A stretch of 64,000 nucleotides of DNA from NCBI RefSeq assembly GCF_009914755.1, contig NC_060940.1; one strand, 5' to 3'. Under the pieces are notes generated by a model. It saw only the letters and a program-made list of their open reading frames with translations, was not told the DNA's origin and searched no databases. Source of the DNA: the human T2T-CHM13v2.0 reference genome, Homo sapiens. Positions 60,008 to 64,000 of this stretch are shown piece after piece; position 1 is the first letter of the stretch, and each line of letters begins with the position of its first letter. The position numbers were made by a program, and so were the translations under genes.

Positions 60008-61484
60008 TTTTAGCCTGCAATATTCCAAGCAGCACCTAACACGTGATGGGCAAAGTGTCTCCAAACTCTGCTTTATATTTTGGGGAAAAAATAGAATTTT
60101 TATCTAACTCAGACTGCTGACTCAAATGAAGTACCATTCATCTTTTTTAAAATGTCCTTTTGCTCTAGTGTCATTATTTCTCAATTCACCAAATAGTTAC
60201 GCAATGCTAATGACATGTCAGACCCTCTTCTAAAGCACTTCACAAATGTTAACTCAGTTGACATAGGTACTATCATTATCCCGTTTTTATAAGTGAGGAA
60301 TCTGGAGCAGGAAGACTAAGTTGTCTGTGGTCATAGATCAGAAGTGTTAGGGTCAGGATGCAGAAATGGTCTGTCAAACTTCAGAGTCTATGTTCTCATC
60401 CTCTGCACTATGCTACCAACTTAAATTATGTTGTAAATTAAATCTGTTTTCCAAGTTTCCATCACATTCTTCTCACTCCATCACATTCTTCAAAAGTCAG
60501 TTTCGTCAGTAAAGGCTCTGCCTCTCCACCCTGCTTCGGTGGGCTGACCCTCTGTGACCCCGTCCTCCTGGTGAGCTTGGGATGAGGATGATGAAAACCA
60601 CACAGATCCCAGAACCTTTTGGTGAATGCCCACTGAATGTTCCCCAGTCTGTCAGGCATTCTAAAGATGCAATTTCTAATCCTCCTCCAACCTTCCAAGG
60701 TTATCTTCTACATTTTTTTATACATAAACCCAAGTCAAATGACTTTTACAAAGCCACAGAGTTTAGAAGTGGCAGACACAGGGTTTAGAGTCTTTCTATC
60801 TATCGCCAAAATCTGGGCTCTGTCTACATCATTCTGCCAACTGGAAAATCTACATCTCACACATGTTTCATGTGGGAGTTAGAGCATATAAAAGTAACAT
60901 AAAACCACCTTCATGTGCACAGAGCACAAACTGCAGTTCAGACTCCAGTATGACCAGACCAAAGAGTGCCCACAGGTGACCACAGGCCAATTGCAATCCA
61001 CAGCTGATTTGACTAGTTGTCACAGTGGGACTTTCTGTGTTTGAAGAAAATTGAATTTGCTGTCAATATTTTTAAAATTGGGAAATTTCACATCAGCATT
61101 TTTCCGTATTTCTGGTTTCTCTTGAAAAGTCAGGCAGATCTGTCAACACGTGTTGATGTACATTCCTGCAAGGCAAATCAGCATACTTTCTGCAGTTCAC
61201 CAGTTTGAGAGACACTCACAAGGTTTGCCGGCCAAACTTTTCTGTTCTACGATAGCACAAGTATTTAATTATATGACTGTAGAACCCTAGTTTAGATGAA
61301 CAGAGTAGCTCAGAGTCTTACTGGATCATCACAGTCCCGTAGAGAATGACTCCTCTGCTGTGTTTTGGTTTCTGCCCACCATACCTTCCCTCGGTGCACA
61401 TGGACTTTATATGCAAACAGTAAAACTCTGGTTGATTGTTACTAACCGGAGGGAAGAAAATGGCACTTTAAAACAGTGTTTTCT

Positions 61485-61703
61485 CACACTAGGGCCTGTC
61501 GCATGGTGGGGAGCAAGGGGAGGGAGAGCTTTACAACAAATACCTAATGCACGTGGGGCTTAAAGCTTAGATGATGGGTTGATAGGTGCAGCAAACCACC
61601 ATGGCGCTATATACCTATATAACAAACCTGCACATTCTGCACATGTATCTTGGAACTTAAAGTAAAATAATAATGAAAAAAGAAATACCAAAAAAAAAAA
61701 AAT
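61485..61703 (+). mobile_element. L1PA7/8-like 3' end (~220 bp)
   Basis: gggttgataggtgcagcaaaccaccatggc...ggaacttaaagtaaaat plus A tail. 15-bp TSD aaaacagtgt(t/g)ttct at 61470-61484 and 61704-61718. Confidence 0.9.
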
Positions 61704-61718
61704 AAAACAGTGTGTTCT

Positions 61719-63795
61719 GTTGGTGGGAATGTAAATCAGCACGGTGGTTCCTCAAAAAACTAAAAGCCATCCCAAAAAAATCCCAAAAGGAAGGAATACC
61801 CCAAAGAAGGGAAATCAGTGTATAGAGATATCTGTATTCCCATGTTCAATTCAGCATTATTCACAATAACCAAGACATGGAAGTAACCTAAGAGTCCCTC
61901 AGTGGATGAATAAGTAAAGAAAATATGGCACATATCCATAATTGAACAGTGTGCCATGTTTTCTTTATCCATTCATCCTACTAATGCTGCTAGATAGTAT
62001 AGTACAGATACTATATATTAATAGTATATATTAATAGTATAATATAGTATACTATTATACTATATTATATATAGTATATTAGTATATTAATAGTATAATA
62101 TATAGTGTCCTATATACTAAATATAAATACTGTAATATATAGTGTCATATATACTATATATAATATAGTGTCATATATGCTATATATAATATACAGTGCA
62201 ATATATGCTATATATAATATACAGTGCAATATATGCTATATATAATATACAGTGCTATATATGCTATATATAATATACAGTGTTATATATTATATATAAT
62301 ATACAGTGTTATATATTATATATAATATACAGTGTTATATATTATATATAATATATAGTGTTATATATTATATATAATATATAGTGTTATATATTATATA
62401 TAATATATAGTATATATGCTATATATAATATAAAGTATAAATAATACTACATATATTATACTATTATATATAATACTACATATTTATATTATATATAGTA
62501 TATATATTATATATATACTGTATATTATAGTATATATTATATAGTATATATACTGTATATTATAGTATATATTATATAGTATATATACTGTATATTATAG
62601 TATATATTATATAGTATATATACTGTATATTATAGTATATATTATATAGTATATATACTGGATATTATAGTATATATTATATAGTAGTATATATAGTATA
62701 TATTATAGTATATAGTATATATATACTACTATAGTATATAGTATATATACTATAGTATATAGTGTATATACACTATATACTGTATATAGTGCATATACTA
62801 TAGTATATATATATAGTATATATATACTGTATACTATAGTATACTACTATATACTATAGTATATATACTGTATACTATAGTATACAGTATATATACTATA
62901 GTATACAGTATATATACTATATACTATAGTATACAGTATATATACTATATACTATAGTATACAGTATATATACTATACTATAATGTACAGTATATGCACT
63001 ATATATTATAATATACAGTATATATACTGTACATTATAGTATATAGTATATATACTGTATTTTATAGTATATAGTAGTATATATACTGTATATTATAGTA
63101 TATAGTAGTATATATACTGTATATTAATAGTATATAGTAGTATATATACTATATATTAATAGTAATTATATATAATGTAGTATAATAGTATTATTTGAAT
63201 TAATGGTATTCAGCCTATTATGATAGTATTAATCCTACTTAATACTATGAATCCTATTTAATACTATTCAGCCATTATAAAAATGAAATCCTGTTATTTG
63301 CAGCAACATGAATGGAACTGGAGGACATCATATTAAGTGAAATAAGCCAAATGGAGAAAGACAAATATTGTATCTTCTCCCATGTGAGAGCTAAAAAAAA
63401 AAAAAAAAATTGAACTCACAGAGCTAGAGCTAGGGAGTGCATTGACAGAGCTGGGAAGGGTAGTGGGGAGGGAGAATGGTAATGTCAGCATGGTTAATGG
63501 GTACAAAAATATAGTTAGAATGAGTAAGATCTAGTATTCAGTAGCACAAATAGGGTGACTATAGTTAACAATTCATTGTATATCTTAAAATAACTAAAAC
63601 AGTGGAATGGGCCTAATAAAGAAATGACATTGGAATTTTTTTAATAAAGAAACAATAAAGGCTTGAAGTGATGGATACCTCATTATGCTGATTTGATCAT
63701 TCCACATTGTATAGTTGTATCAACACATCACATGTACCCCATAAATATGTATAACCATTATGTAGCCATAATAATTAAAAATAAAAAAATAAACT
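61719..63795 (+). mobile_element. L1MA-type 3' fragment split by a large AT-rich array
   Basis: gcattattcacaataaccaaga...ggatgaataagtaaagaaaatatggcac before the array. It resumes at tactattcagccat...gaactggaggacat...taagtgaaataagcca and runs to the A-rich 3' end. Confidence 0.85.
61995..63200. repeat. ~1.2 kb AT-rich compound mini/microsatellite
   Basis: Blocks of ~26-28-bp units (atatatgctatatataatatacagtgca), four exact 35-bp units at 62521-62660, and palindromic tatactatagtata units. Confidence 0.95.
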
Positions 63796-63877
63796 TAAAG
63801 TATGAACAAGAAAAACCAGCGTGTTACAGGCTGAAGGTTAAGGCCTTGCAAAGACTAACTTTCTGCTGGAGGCTTAC

Positions 63878-64000
63878 TTGGGGTTATTGCAGTGTCTCTC
63901 CTGGAACTTGACTCCTCCACCACATGTCCGGGAACATTCTGACCACTTCGACCAGGCGGACCACTGGCCGTGGATGGGCCGGGGCCCGAGCTCCCCAAAC
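63878..64000 (-). CDS. ADAMTS18: ADAMTS18 coding exon ~12 (partial, runs off window): start of the central thrombospondin type-1 repeat (TSR)
   Basis: Minus strand reads [40 protein letters not shown](K), a [17 protein letters not shown] TSR motif. Donor AA|GTAAGC at 63877, phase 2. Confidence 0.96.

Noticed and set aside
61704-61718. AAAACAgtgTGTTCT, resembling a steroid (GRE/PRE/ARE) element
   Set aside because: It is the L1 TSD and lacks the critical G of the left half-site. One such near-match is expected by chance.

Overview
Human (primate) genomic DNA carrying the 3' half of ADAMTS18 on the minus strand (16q23.1 from prior knowledge). Twelve coding exons, numbered 12-23 from recall of the 23-exon gene, are visible; the first is cut by the window edge. 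They have GT-AG boundaries and consistent phases and splice into one open frame of 642 codons plus TGA. The frame encodes the central TSR, the Cys-rich region, the spacer, the C-terminal TSR array and the PLAC domain, ending ...CCKSCTRKI*. A ~1.8 kb 3'UTR ends at an AATAAA near 10357-10362, and ~10 kb of 3' flank follows. The rest is intronic or intergenic sequence with many Alu, L1, L2, MIR and hAT-type MER elements. Most ORFs in the supplied track are Alu/L1 or antisense artefacts. I see no new multi-gene system. The most unusual signals are retrotransposition and template-switch scars: (1) an Alu whose target-site duplication (TSD) also encloses an exact 31-bp copy of the gene's own 3'UTR, including an AATAAA; (2) an AluY 24 nt behind the exon 20 donor that would end an intron read-through protein; (3) a twin-primed, nested L1; (4) a fold-back plus a 1.2 kb palindromic AT array; (5) several local duplications. 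Repeat family names are from pattern recognition and repeat boundaries are approximate.
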